Shown: positions 40,084 through 50,093, counted from the stretch's first letter. The stretch is DNA of 64,000 nt from Promethearchaeota archaeon (GCA_030603385.1 JAUVXW010000012.1:28015-92014), one strand, 5' to 3'. Notes: generated by a model from the letters alone, not told the origin. Made by a program: numbers and translations.

Positions 40084-40869
40084 ATGGTAGATTTAACAAT
40101 TAAAGAAATTGGAGTCAAGCTAGCTCAAGCTGGAATGTTAAAGACAAGTGTATTATGCGTTTACGGTTCAGAAACATTACCTGTGAAAGCAACTCCAATA
40201 AAGAAGATTAATCGTTGCATTGCGAACTCTATTTTTACCCTATCAGCTCAGAAAAATATAAATACGATATACATCGGAGAAGATGATTTGGAGGGTTGTT
40301 GTCCGGGAGGACAAGCGTGGTTTGGTTATAAAGGTTTTATGCCAATGTTAAAATATTTTTTATCAACAGGTTCAGAAGATTTTAGGGCTGGGGCTGCAGA
40401 ATTTTTGATAGCCAATCCAGACTTAGCTGAAAAGCAGTTACATTCAATTGGGAAAATTAATCCCCTCGGGAAGTATACTGTGATTCAAAAATGTGATGAC
40501 ATAGATGACCAAGATCTTGAAATTAAAGTCTTTATCTGTTTCGGAGCTCCTGAGCAAGTAAGAAATCTATGTTCATTAGCGTATTTTCGACCAGAGAAAG
40601 CGGTTAATATTCAAATCCCTTGGGGTCCTTCATGTGCTTCTTTTGTAACATATCCCGCAGGTATGTGTGAAGATGGCTCAAAAAATTGTATTGTTATTGG
40701 TCCCTCTGATCCTACTGGAAATTATTGGTTTCCTCAAAATTTTTTATCAATCGGCATCCCCTTTGAATATGCTAAACGAATGGCTCACGACCTTGATCAA
40801 TCTTTTATTACCAAACGACCCGAAGTAGCCTATCCGATAAATCGAATATCATTTCAGAACTATGAATAA
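40084..40869 (+). CDS. DUF169-family protein
   Basis: RC, CCPGG.AWFG, PEQVRNL, WGPSCA, D.TG..W.P..LS.GIP. Confidence 0.7.
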   Translation: MVDLTIKEIGVKLAQAGMLKTSVLCVYGSETLPVKATPIKKINRCIANSIFTLSAQKNINTIYIGEDDLEGCCPGGQAWFGYKGFMPMLKYFLSTGSEDFRAGAAEFLIANPDLAEKQLHSIGKINPLGKYTVIQKCDDIDDQDLEIKVFICFGAPEQVRNLCSLAYFRPEKAVNIQIPWGPSCASFVTYPAGMCEDGSKNCIVIGPSDPTGNYWFPQNFLSIGIPFEYAKRMAHDLDQSFITKRPEVAYPINRISFQNYE

Positions 40870-40883
40870 GATACAATTTTATT
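40729..40883 (+). repeat. Direct repeat copy A (3' end of the DUF169 gene plus 14 nt)
   Basis: 139/155 nt identical to 42112-42266 by manual alignment. Confidence 0.93.
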
Positions 40884-40990
40884 AACAATTTTGCAGTTGC
40901 ATATTCGTTATGGATTTATTGAAAATGCAATTTAACTTCTATTTAACTGAATTCGGTCTCCTACTGTTAAATTTCTATCAAATTCTGTGA

Positions 40991-41971
40991 TTACTTGGTA
41001 GTAAATGTTTCTTGATTTACGTCTTTGATAAATTTTATTAACCCATCAAAATATATCTTCTGATCGTCATAAAAGGCACAATGACTACCATTTGGGCATA
41101 ATAGAAATTGTCCCTGTTGTACTTGAGTAGATACCCATTTCATGTGTTCGGGATCCATGGTATCGTGAGTAGCTCCGATTACCAATGTAGGAACTTTTAT
41201 TTTTGGTAAATCTGAGGTTCTATCCCATTTTTTTAATGTCCCACGGATACCTAATTCACTGGGACCCTGCATTGGTACGTAGACATCCTCATTAAGGTGT
41301 TTAAATACTCGATTAACAGGTTCTGGCCACTGGTCAACTGGCATACGAATAAAATGTTCAGCGTAATAATTAGGTAACAATAACTCCATGTAACGAGGAT
41401 TATCAAAATCTCCTTTGGCTTCCAACTCCTTGATTTCAGCTAATACTTCAGGTTTAAGCTTAGGTCCTAGGACTTCATCAGCATATTTCCCGTAAGCAGG
41501 GGCGCTCATCATCATATTGGAGATAACTAGACCCTTGAGATTATTCTGATATTTTAGTGCATACTCAACAGCTAGCATACCACCCCAAGAATGACCCCAC
41601 AGGTAGAAGTTTGATTTTTCTAATTTTAGGGCTTTTCTAACCTGCTCTACCTCCTCGACAAATCTGGATGTCTCCCATAAGCCGGGTTCTTTAGGCTGGT
41701 CACTGTAATAGGATCCCAACTGGTCGTAGTAGTAGTATTCTATTCCCTCTGCTGGAAAAAAGCTATCAAAGCACTCATATATTTCATGGGTTCCACCAGG
41801 ACCTCCATGCAGGAGAAGTACTTTGATTGTAGGATTATTTCCAATCCTTTTAGTCCAGACTTTAAATTCACCGAATGGCGTCTGGATGGGTATTATTTTG
41901 ATTCCCCCAGTTAAAATATCTTCACGACCGGTAGTATCAAAGTAATCACTTAGAGTTCTTTCTGATGGCAT
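40991..41971 (-). CDS. Proline iminopeptidase-family alpha/beta hydrolase
   Basis: HGGPG, YDQLGS, GHSWGG, HDTM, GSH; start placed at MPSERT (ATG 41971) rather than 42133. Confidence 0.9.
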   Translation of the reverse strand: MPSERTLSDYFDTTGREDILTGGIKIIPIQTPFGEFKVWTKRIGNNPTIKVLLLHGGPGGTHEIYECFDSFFPAEGIEYYYYDQLGSYYSDQPKEPGLWETSRFVEEVEQVRKALKLEKSNFYLWGHSWGGMLAVEYALKYQNNLKGLVISNMMMSAPAYGKYADEVLGPKLKPEVLAEIKELEAKGDFDNPRYMELLLPNYYAEHFIRMPVDQWPEPVNRVFKHLNEDVYVPMQGPSELGIRGTLKKWDRTSDLPKIKVPTLVIGATHDTMDPEHMKWVSTQVQQGQFLLCPNGSHCAFYDDQKIYFDGLIKFIKDVNQETFTTK

Positions 41972-42111
41972 AATCAATCCTTGATTTTTTGTTTTAACTA
42001 TTGTGTAGTAAGAGTATGATGAGATATATTTAAACTTATTTATCATATTGAACCTACTTTTCTCTGCAGAAAGAAAAAAACTAGATTTAAAAAAGAGATG
42101 GATAGGAAAAA

Positions 42112-42266
42112 TTTCCTCAAAATTATTTATCAATCGGCATCCCCTTTGATAATGCTAAACGAATGGCCCACGATCTTGATCAATCTTTTATTACCAAACG
42201 ATCTGAAGTAGCTTATCCAAAAAATCGAACATAATTTAAGCACTATGAATAAGATACAACCTTATT
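42112..42266 (+). pseudogene. Duplicated 3' fragment of the DUF169 gene (direct repeat copy B)
   Basis: Translates FPQNYLSIGIPFDNAKRMAHDLDQSFITKRSEVAYPKNRT*; premature TAA, no start codon. Confidence 0.9.
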
Positions 42267-42540
42267 CAAATTTAACAGCTTACGGTTCACCACATTTCGG
42301 GCACTTATTTACTTTCAGTGAGCATAACAATCCACAAAAGGGGCATGGTGTTCTTTATAAATTCATTGATTGATGCAATAAAAGAAATAAGACTTTTGAA
42401 GGAAAACTTACAACTCCTTAAAGAGCGATTTCCCAACTATGAACTATTTTAATTCTTCTATTACATTTAGGATAATTTTTTACTTATAAGGATTAATACA
42501 ACGGGTAATTTTAAATAATTATTAGGCTTATCATATAAAA

Positions 42541-42609
42541 GGAAAGTATCATGATGCGATTACGATGGGAATTCTGAAAGAAGAATGGGAAAAAGAACCA
42601 AATCAATGA
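42541..42609 (+). pseudogene. Orphan 3' end of a RimJ/RimL-type GNAT gene
   Basis: Reads GKYHDAITMGILKEEWEKEPNQ*, the typical C-terminus of this family, with no gene body upstream. Confidence 0.55.
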
Positions 42610-42618
42610 GGTTAAATA

Positions 42619-44208
42619 ATGGTTCAGGATATAATAATAAAGAATGGGAAAATACTTGATGGAACGGGAAATCCTTGGTTTTTAGCTGATATAGGAATTA
42701 CAGAGGGAATGATAACAAAAATATCTCCAAATCTTAGAATTGAATTGGATGATACCATCGTTATTGATGCGGATGGTCTTGTCGTAAGCCCAGGGTTTAT
42801 AGACATTCACTCTCATGCTGATAATTCACTCATCTATGATCAAAAATTAGAATGCCTAGCTCAACAAGGAATTACAACTGTTGTAGTTGGTAACTGTGGT
42901 GGTTCATATGCACCACTAAATCCAGAAAAAGATAATTATTTCAGAAAAGCCAATGAAATCAAGGGAGAGTTACCTTGGCACACATTCAATGAATATTTAG
43001 ATATATTAGAAAACCAAGGTAGTTCTTTAAATGTAGTGCCTTTAGTTGGATTCGGAACAGTTCGTCGATCAGTTTTGGAAGATGCTACTCGAAATCCCTC
43101 AAAAAAAGAGCTAGAACAAATGCAATCATATGTTGAAGAAGCGATGGAAGCTGGGGCGTATGGTATTTCCACAGGATTGATTTATCATCCTCAAACAAGT
43201 GCAAAAACCCAAGAGATTATCGAATGTGCTAAAATCGCAGGAAATTATGGGGGATTATATTTTAGTCATATGAGAAATGAAGGAGATTACGTGCTAGAGG
43301 CTATTAAAGAGCTGATTGAGATTGTAGAAAAATCAGGGTGTCGAAGTGGACAAATTTCACATATTAAAGTTGCAGGACCTTTAAATTGGGGTAAAAGCGT
43401 AGAAATGCTTCAATTGATGGAAGAAGCAAATGATCGAGGATTAATAATTCGAGCCGATCAATATCCATACAAGAGAGGCATGAATTCATTGAAAGATTCT
43501 TTACCAGAGTGGGCAAAAGAGGGAGGAAATGAGGCAATTATACAAAGATTGCAAGATTCTAAATCTAGAGAACAAATAAAAGAAGACATGGAAGAGCGTT
43601 TTAATAGAACTAAAATGTCATGGGATAAAATCTTTGTAGCTTCTCAAAGAACAAATAAATGGAGAGATATTGAAGGATTATCAATATCAGAGATTACCAA
43701 GAAGAAACAATCTTCTAGCGAATTTGATATATTCTGCGAAATTCTGATTGACAACCATGCGAATGTGGAACAAATTACTGAATATGGACATGAAGATGAT
43801 CTTAAAACCTTGATGAAAAGTCGCCTTACTATGATTGGAACAGACGGTTGGTCAGTACCAATGGGATCTGGTAAACCACATCCTAGATTTTATGGAACAT
43901 ACCCAAGAATCCTAGGAAAATATGTTCGTGAGGAAAAGATACTAAGGTTAGAACAAGCTATTAGGAAAATGACTTCCTTTCCTGCTCAAACATTAGGTTT
44001 ATTAGATAGAGGTCTAATTCGAGAAGGGATGTGGGCAGATATCGTAATTTTTGATCCAGATACGATTATTGATAGAGCAACTTATACTGATCCTCATCAA
44101 TTTCCCGATGGTATACATTATGTTATCATAAATGGTGAAATTGTCGTAAAAAACAAACAACATACATCAGTTAAACCAGGGAAGATACTAAGAAGGAATT
44201 CTCCTTAA
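42619..44208 (+). CDS. N-acyl-D-amino-acid deacylase (amidohydrolase)
   Basis: PGFIDIHSH, GNCG, STGLIY, SHMRNE, SHIK, GTDG, PHPRFYGTYPR. Confidence 0.92.
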   Translation: MVQDIIIKNGKILDGTGNPWFLADIGITEGMITKISPNLRIELDDTIVIDADGLVVSPGFIDIHSHADNSLIYDQKLECLAQQGITTVVVGNCGGSYAPLNPEKDNYFRKANEIKGELPWHTFNEYLDILENQGSSLNVVPLVGFGTVRRSVLEDATRNPSKKELEQMQSYVEEAMEAGAYGISTGLIYHPQTSAKTQEIIECAKIAGNYGGLYFSHMRNEGDYVLEAIKELIEIVEKSGCRSGQISHIKVAGPLNWGKSVEMLQLMEEANDRGLIIRADQYPYKRGMNSLKDSLPEWAKEGGNEAIIQRLQDSKSREQIKEDMEERFNRTKMSWDKIFVASQRTNKWRDIEGLSISEITKKKQSSSEFDIFCEILIDNHANVEQITEYGHEDDLKTLMKSRLTMIGTDGWSVPMGSGKPHPRFYGTYPRILGKYVREEKILRLEQAIRKMTSFPAQTLGLLDRGLIREGMWADIVIFDPDTIIDRATYTDPHQFPDGIHYVIINGEIVVKNKQHTSVKPGKILRRNSP

Positions 44209-44240
44209 TTAATATTCAATTTGCAAATACAAAATAATAT

Positions 44241-44891
44241 CTATATAAAATATTTTTTTTGCATTTTTACATACTCATTGTAGTCCAAAAACTCTCTTTC
44301 AACATACTGGAAAACAATTTCATATAATTGACGAAATAATTCTTCAGGGAACGCTTTTTGCTCAAACACTACTTCATAAACTAATTCTTCAGAGAGAATT
44401 TGTGAATTGATTGATTGATGGCATAATAAAAAGTTCATCATCGCTTTATCGACTTTTGATTTGATAAGTTTTTTAATAACGTTCAAACCAATATCTCTTT
44501 TCGGATCGACAAAATAGGGAAAATTCATATCATCCAAAATTTTAATGTAATTTAAGGAATCTGTTATCTTTTCCACACAATATTCCAATGAGCTAACTGG
44601 AAGGCCAAATTTTTCGCAAAAATCTTTCTTCGACTCGTGAGCAGGAAAAGTAAAAGGGTGTCTTGAGATGATATAATATGCCGCTATAAAGAATTTATAT
44701 AAATTATGAGGGAATTTTCCGTTATTTCTTAAATACTTATAGACCAATGAAGCAGTATCTAATAAAAGATCAGTATTAATGTCAAATTGCTCTAAAAAAT
44801 CTTGACCATCTTTTAATAGATCAATAGTAATACGTTCTTTGGTATTGATAATTTCATAATCAGGGGTATAAAGTTCTAACATTTTACACAC
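44241..44891 (-). CDS. Hypothetical protein with a single cyclin/TFB-like helical fold
   Basis: FFIAAYYIISR..SKKDFCEKFGLPVSSLEYCVEKI matches the TFIIB cyclin-repeat pattern; no Zn ribbon; start probably MLELY. Confidence 0.55.
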   Translation of the reverse strand: MCKMLELYTPDYEIINTKERITIDLLKDGQDFLEQFDINTDLLLDTASLVYKYLRNNGKFPHNLYKFFIAAYYIISRHPFTFPAHESKKDFCEKFGLPVSSLEYCVEKITDSLNYIKILDDMNFPYFVDPKRDIGLNVIKKLIKSKVDKAMMNFLLCHQSINSQILSEELVYEVVFEQKAFPEELFRQLYEIVFQYVEREFLDYNEYVKMQKKYFI

Positions 44892-44939
44892 ACAACAGTA
44901 TAATATTGAAATGACATACCTATAATATTAAGATATTAT

Positions 44940-44995
44940 ATGATCATCTTCCTTTATAAACCTATGCATCTTCAGTGATGCATCAAATGATCATC
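44940..44995. promoter_or_regulatory. Divergent promoter with palindromic operator-like sites
   Basis: ATGATCATC at 44940 and 44987; ATGCATC-N6-GATGCAT at 44964-44983; TTTATAAA at 44953-44960. Confidence 0.5.
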
Positions 44996-45070
44996 AAAGA
45001 CGAACATTTAAATATTCGTGTAAAAATGATAATATTAAGCGATAAAAATTTTGTCGGGTAACTTAAAAAA

Positions 45071-45496
45071 ATGCCATCAGATTCGGGAAAAACATCAGAT
45101 CTTTCTAGAATTACTTTTAGTCTAGATGCTTTTGATGAAAGAGTTTTAACCCTGATGGCAAAAAAGAGAAAGCAATCTCGGTCTGAAACTGTCAGAAATA
45201 TAATACATAATTGGATTGAAGGCAACTCGAACACATTGAACAGCAATTATGATATCGATTTGAATGATATTACAAGAGAAATCGAAATAACGGATTACAA
45301 CCAAGTGATACAGAGCACTATTCAAAAAATAGTAGAATATTCAGAGCTATTCAATGAAATTGAATTTGATATGTTTGCTGAACAGCTAAAAATTAGCAAA
45401 AAAATCTTAAGAGATATCATATTTGATCACAAAAATAAATTAGAAAAACTTGGCGTTAAACTTAGAATTAGAGGAAAACTAATAGTAAAAGAATAG
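45071..45496 (+). CDS. Ribbon-helix-helix regulator fused to a C-terminal winged-helix (PCI-like) domain
   Basis: RITFSLD..LTLMAKKRKQSRSETVRNII; FNEIEFDMFAEQLKISKKILRDII..LRIRGKLIV. Confidence 0.7.
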   Translation: MPSDSGKTSDLSRITFSLDAFDERVLTLMAKKRKQSRSETVRNIIHNWIEGNSNTLNSNYDIDLNDITREIEITDYNQVIQSTIQKIVEYSELFNEIEFDMFAEQLKISKKILRDIIFDHKNKLEKLGVKLRIRGKLIVKE

Positions 45497-45510
45497 GAAA
45501 GTGATATATT

Positions 45511-45762
45511 ATGCATATAAGAAAATTAGAGGGACTTTTTCAAGAGATTCTGGAAACTTCACATGAAATTTCTTATGAATGTATCTCAGAAAATGAAAAT
45601 GATATTGACTATTCAAAAATCATAATCCCTTTTTCTAAAGTATTTAAATCTTATAAGCCAAGAGATATTTATCCGGGGAATAAAAAAATTCCCTTCAAAG
45701 AAAAGAATCTTGAATTTAGGATGATATTAAAGCAGGAATTCTCTACTATATTGAAATCTTAA
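45511..45762 (+). CDS. Small protein, paralog 1 of the 'P.DIY.G...IPF.E' family
   Basis: DYSKIIIPFS..PRDIYPG..IPFKEK..FRMILKQEF. Confidence 0.75.
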   Translation: MHIRKLEGLFQEILETSHEISYECISENENDIDYSKIIIPFSKVFKSYKPRDIYPGNKKIPFKEKNLEFRMILKQEFSTILKS

Positions 45763-45946
45763 CCCCTGTACAAAACAAGCTGTTTTTACCATAATTAAAT
45801 TTGATAGAATGTGGACCTATCAATATAACATCATGGTCCTGACACCTATTATCGCAGATAGAAATTTAGATATAAAATTCTTTAATGATTAATTCCCACA
45901 TAAGAACTAAAAGCTAATAAAAAAGAAAAAAATACTTTATTTAATT

Positions 45947-46798
45947 TTAGGGAAAGGTTAAAGTTGCTACCACTGGCAAGTGATCAGAACCGAATTCAGA
46001 GGGACTATTACCTGATAAAAAATCTGTGATTACATGCCCATCAATTATGTCTTTATATCCCGCTGCAAATATGTAATCAATACTACTTGTTGAATCATCA
46101 AATAGATTTATGCTTGGAAATGTCATTGGTCTTGGAACTCCACTTAATGTATCATTAAAGTATGTAAATAGTGGTGCGATTTGAGAAGAGTTATATTCTA
46201 AATTGAAATCTCCCATGAGAATTTTTTTAGAAGTTTTATTAACCTCATTTGTTTTTTGAAGGACAAAATCAACTTGAGCTGCTAAATCTTCATCCCAATC
46301 TAAAAGCCCTAGGTGGGTAACAAATACATCGATCTCGAGAGTTTCATTTATTGCAATAACTCCATGAATTAAGACCCTTTCTAAAGAAATACTAGGAATC
46401 TGATATCCTTCCGCAGACTTTATTGGATATTTACTTAGAAGTGCTAAACCGTATGCGTGTTCATTTATTGCCGGAAAATAAAAATAATGCATATTGAGTC
46501 TTTTTGCCAACCAGAATGCCATATCTACTCCTTGGGAAGTCATTCTTCCATTTTCTACTTCTTGGAGGCCTATTATATCTGGATCGATATCTTCACTTAG
46601 AATATTCTGTGCTAATCTCTCTAAGTTCAATAAATCATCCATCCCAACACCAAAATGAATATTATAGGTCATGAACTTGAATTCATTTTTTGGAGAGGGG
46701 TTTTCTATAGGAAGCTCACTGATACCAAACATCACAAAAGAGATAATAAGTGGCGTACAAAATAAACTTATGAAAATTATTCTACGTTTTTTATTCAT
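45947..46798 (-). CDS. Endonuclease/exonuclease/phosphatase (EEP) domain protein, Cwh43-C-like
   Basis: TYNIHFG, GLQE, LLSKYPI, THL, GDFN, IDYIF, SDHLP; N-terminal TM helix. Confidence 0.88.
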   Translation of the reverse strand: MNKKRRIIFISLFCTPLIISFVMFGISELPIENPSPKNEFKFMTYNIHFGVGMDDLLNLERLAQNILSEDIDPDIIGLQEVENGRMTSQGVDMAFWLAKRLNMHYFYFPAINEHAYGLALLSKYPIKSAEGYQIPSISLERVLIHGVIAINETLEIDVFVTHLGLLDWDEDLAAQVDFVLQKTNEVNKTSKKILMGDFNLEYNSSQIAPLFTYFNDTLSGVPRPMTFPSINLFDDSTSSIDYIFAAGYKDIIDGHVITDFLSGNSPSEFGSDHLPVVATLTFP

Positions 46799-48087
46799 CT
46801 TTCTAAAACCTCCTCATTTGATTTAATAATAATTGCATAGATAGTTGAAATAGAAAAAATAATTCCCCCTAAAATCATTATCAAGGGCCCTAAACCTTTC
46901 ATCGCAGTAATTATAGCTGCCCACTCTGTTGTAAAAGCGTGTAAAAAGGAAAACAATACCATAAACGCAAACCCTATCGTTAAACCGTTAGAAACTGTTT
47001 TTACTTTCTCCCATTTAAAACTTATTTTTGATAACCGGTTGATTAACAAATAGAAGTTTAAATACATGACTATGAGTGAAATTGAAATGAAAATACTTGC
47101 AATATATGTTAACTCTTTCCCAATCGTAAAGAATAAACACAGCGATAAAATCATAAAGCCATTTAAGATTCCGATAATCAATTTATTTGAAATTATTTCA
47201 ATTTTGATATAAACCAGTATATAAATTGCAATCATCACAGAAACTATGTTCAAAATATTATTGAAAAAATAATTAGTGTTAGTAAATTGCCCAATTCCAC
47301 TTGGATAGAGAAAAAGATTAAATAGGAGGAATAAAAACATCCCAATCCCTGCAAAAATTAGAGAATTTAATGTACTAAGATTATTGCCCGTACTCTCTTC
47401 TTGAGGAGATATATTATTTCTTATTGAAAATCTCGGGAAATGTATTTTTGTGAAATATATACATAAAATGCTTAAGGGTATTTGAATAAATAACCAAATA
47501 TACTGCGTTAGACGCCAATCTACGATTAAACCTGGTGCTAAAAGCGAAATGTCTTGAGAAAAACCAATTGTTCTTATTAAATAGTCAATAAGGAAGGCGC
47601 TAAAAAAGGAAAATATAATAATTACAGTTTTATGATCTACTCCAATATCATCACTTTCTTCTATCCATAATGTAAGGAATGTGCTCATGTAAAAACCATA
47701 ACACGCTATTATTATTCCCGAATAGATTATTTCTAAATTAAATGGTAAATGAAAAGCCCATAAAAGTCTCACGATAACAATGATATAAATAGATGAGATC
47801 ATTAAACGTCCTTTATCAATCTTCTTACAGATTGTATTAGTCAAACCTGGCAAAAATAAGAAAATTAAAGCTAACAAGGAAATGAGATTCACCAGAACTT
47901 CTTCTCCAAATACAACATGAAATAATGCTATACGTATAGCTGGAAAAAATCCTCTCAGACTCTGTATAAAAAATAAATTTATCAATATGTTGATAGTAAT
48001 AAGAGCGATTAGAGATTTCGAACCAATTTTCTTTTCTATCTCAGTAAATGAGAAATTAGATTTTGTTTTATTCATCAATTTTTTCAC
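46795..48087 (-). CDS. Polytopic membrane protein coupled to the EEP gene
   Basis: More than ten hydrophobic segments; stop overlaps the EEP start (ATGA). Confidence 0.75.
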   Translation of the reverse strand: MKKLMNKTKSNFSFTEIEKKIGSKSLIALITINILINLFFIQSLRGFFPAIRIALFHVVFGEEVLVNLISLLALIFLFLPGLTNTICKKIDKGRLMISSIYIIVIVRLLWAFHLPFNLEIIYSGIIIACYGFYMSTFLTLWIEESDDIGVDHKTVIIIFSFFSAFLIDYLIRTIGFSQDISLLAPGLIVDWRLTQYIWLFIQIPLSILCIYFTKIHFPRFSIRNNISPQEESTGNNLSTLNSLIFAGIGMFLFLLFNLFLYPSGIGQFTNTNYFFNNILNIVSVMIAIYILVYIKIEIISNKLIIGILNGFMILSLCLFFTIGKELTYIASIFISISLIVMYLNFYLLINRLSKISFKWEKVKTVSNGLTIGFAFMVLFSFLHAFTTEWAAIITAMKGLGPLIMILGGIIFSISTIYAIIIKSNEEVLER

Positions 48088-48313
48088 ATTTTGTAGGTAA
48101 ATTAAAAATAATTCAAGGATAAAAAAGTAGTTTATTTTTTTAATATATCTTTCTTTTTTAAAAAAGAAAACGCAAAAACTAGCCTAATTTTTTTTTAGAT
48201 ACTCCTTGATGTATTTGTACAGCCCCGAGGATTTTTAATAAGATTTTTAATCCATTTAGGATTAAGAATCAAAGCATTATAGATTTAAAAGTATTACTAT
48301 AAGGAGATAATAT

Positions 48314-49501
48314 TTGGAGATTCGAAAATTAACCGAAAAGGATCGTGAAGCATTTAGAAAATTAATGCGATATGCGTTTGAAACAGCAAAGAATAATTAT
48401 GAGGAGTTAAAATGGCCATCAGACAAGGTACCTATGGATTTGCATTATGGAGCATTTGATGAGGAACAATTAGTAGCCGGAGCAGGGATTATTCCGTTTG
48501 ATATCAGAATGCGTTCTCAAGATTTTAAGATGTATGGAGTAGGGGGGGTTGCCTCAAAACCGGAGTATCGCAATCGAGGCATTATTCGGGAAATTATGAT
48601 AAAAATGTTTAAAGATATGCAAGATAATAATATCCCGCTATCCGTACTATATCCATTTAAGCATTCCTTTTATGAGATGTTAGGATATAAACTGGTTGAT
48701 GAACAATTTACCTATGAATTTAATATCTCGGATATTCTATACAGAGAAACAGATTATCACTTGAAAGAAGTCGAAAGGATAAATGATGATATTAGAAGCG
48801 TTTATGATCGAGCTATTTTAAATTTTGATTATATTGCGAAAAGACCTGAGATTCAATATTGGAGACGTTTATATAAAAATAATTACAAATTCATTTGCTA
48901 CAATCGAAATCTGCCTGTAGGTTATGTAATAATCAATTTCCCTAATTGGGAAGCTAAGTGGATAAAACATCCAGAAAAAACAATATTAATCCTAGAGACT
49001 TTCTGGCTTGACCAATCTGCTAAACAGACAATATTTAATTTTCTTTGGAGTCATCGAGATCAACGAAAATATGTAGCTGGGAGTTTTTCTGCATACGAAA
49101 ATATCACAGATCTTTTAAAAACACCCCGAATAAAATCGAGATATATAACGGACAACTCTCTTTTAAGAATAATAGATGTAAAAAATGTCTTAGAGAATTT
49201 GAAATATCCTTGTGATAACTTTTCCATAATTTTCCACATCAATGATACATATTGCCCTTGGAACAACGGATTTTTCACATTAACCTCAAAAGGAAAAGAA
49301 ATCAATATAGAATTTAAAGAGTCATCAGAATTATCTGCTGATATTGAGATAGATATTGGGTATTTTGCACAACTGGTAGCAGGATTTAGAACAGTAAGAG
49401 ATCTATTAGAATTTGGCTTTACTTCAGTCAATCATGAAAAGCTCGAGCTTCTACAAAAATTATTTCCTAAGACTAATAATTATTTCCATGATTTTTTCTA
49501 A
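48314..49501 (+). CDS. Eis-like GNAT acetyltransferase with SCP2-like C-terminus
   Basis: GVASKPEYRNRG, LYPF..FYEMLGY, DTYCPWNNG, ends FHDFF. Confidence 0.9.
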   Translation: MEIRKLTEKDREAFRKLMRYAFETAKNNYEELKWPSDKVPMDLHYGAFDEEQLVAGAGIIPFDIRMRSQDFKMYGVGGVASKPEYRNRGIIREIMIKMFKDMQDNNIPLSVLYPFKHSFYEMLGYKLVDEQFTYEFNISDILYRETDYHLKEVERINDDIRSVYDRAILNFDYIAKRPEIQYWRRLYKNNYKFICYNRNLPVGYVIINFPNWEAKWIKHPEKTILILETFWLDQSAKQTIFNFLWSHRDQRKYVAGSFSAYENITDLLKTPRIKSRYITDNSLLRIIDVKNVLENLKYPCDNFSIIFHINDTYCPWNNGFFTLTSKGKEINIEFKESSELSADIEIDIGYFAQLVAGFRTVRDLLEFGFTSVNHEKLELLQKLFPKTNNYFHDFF

Positions 49502-49556
49502 TTAAAATTCCTTATATTTATTACTTAACCGTTTGTAAAAAAAAAGAAAAGATTAA

Positions 49557-50093
49557 TCAGTGCAACTGATTAAAATTTTTAAGTAGAGATAAAATCTCAT
49601 TACAATCTATTTGAAAATCTAAATTGTAATCACCACATATTACCCATGGATTTTTAAATGTTCCGTTTCCCCATTCTTCCTCATTTTCATCCGTCTTTAG
49701 ACCTGTTAATTTAGGTTTAATATCATGGAGGAGTTTATCGTAGGCACCTTCTAAATTATTCAAAGAAACCATATCTTTTAATGTGGTTAATTTGTTTATC
49801 ATCGTATTTTTTCTATTGCTTGCGGGTTTTCGCCAACATTCGTCAGGTGAACCTTCTATCTTTTCAATTAGAATATCTATTAATTCATAAATAGTTGGTT
49901 CAACAATCGTAGCAATACTTGTATCCCCACTATTATGCTCTTCGTCCACTAATGGTGATTGGTCAATAGGAAGTATGTTAGAACTCACATTACGATGACT
50001 ATTGATATCAAAAATAATTAATGCCCCGACAATATTACTTGAAACTATGAATATTAAACCAAAACACAACAGAGCTATGTGTTTTCTCATCAT
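49557..50093 (-). CDS. Secreted hypothetical protein
   Basis: N-terminal signal/TM segment followed by a helical domain. Confidence 0.65.
   Translation of the reverse strand: MMRKHIALLCFGLIFIVSSNIVGALIIFDINSHRNVSSNILPIDQSPLVDEEHNSGDTSIATIVEPTIYELIDILIEKIEGSPDECWRKPASNRKNTMINKLTTLKDMVSLNNLEGAYDKLLHDIKPKLTGLKTDENEEEWGNGTFKNPWVICGDYNLDFQIDCNEILSLLKNFNQLH

Noticed and set aside
41972-42133. N-terminal extension of the proline iminopeptidase ORF
   Set aside because: Low-complexity sequence that runs into the DUF169 repeat; the internal ATG at 41971 is more plausible
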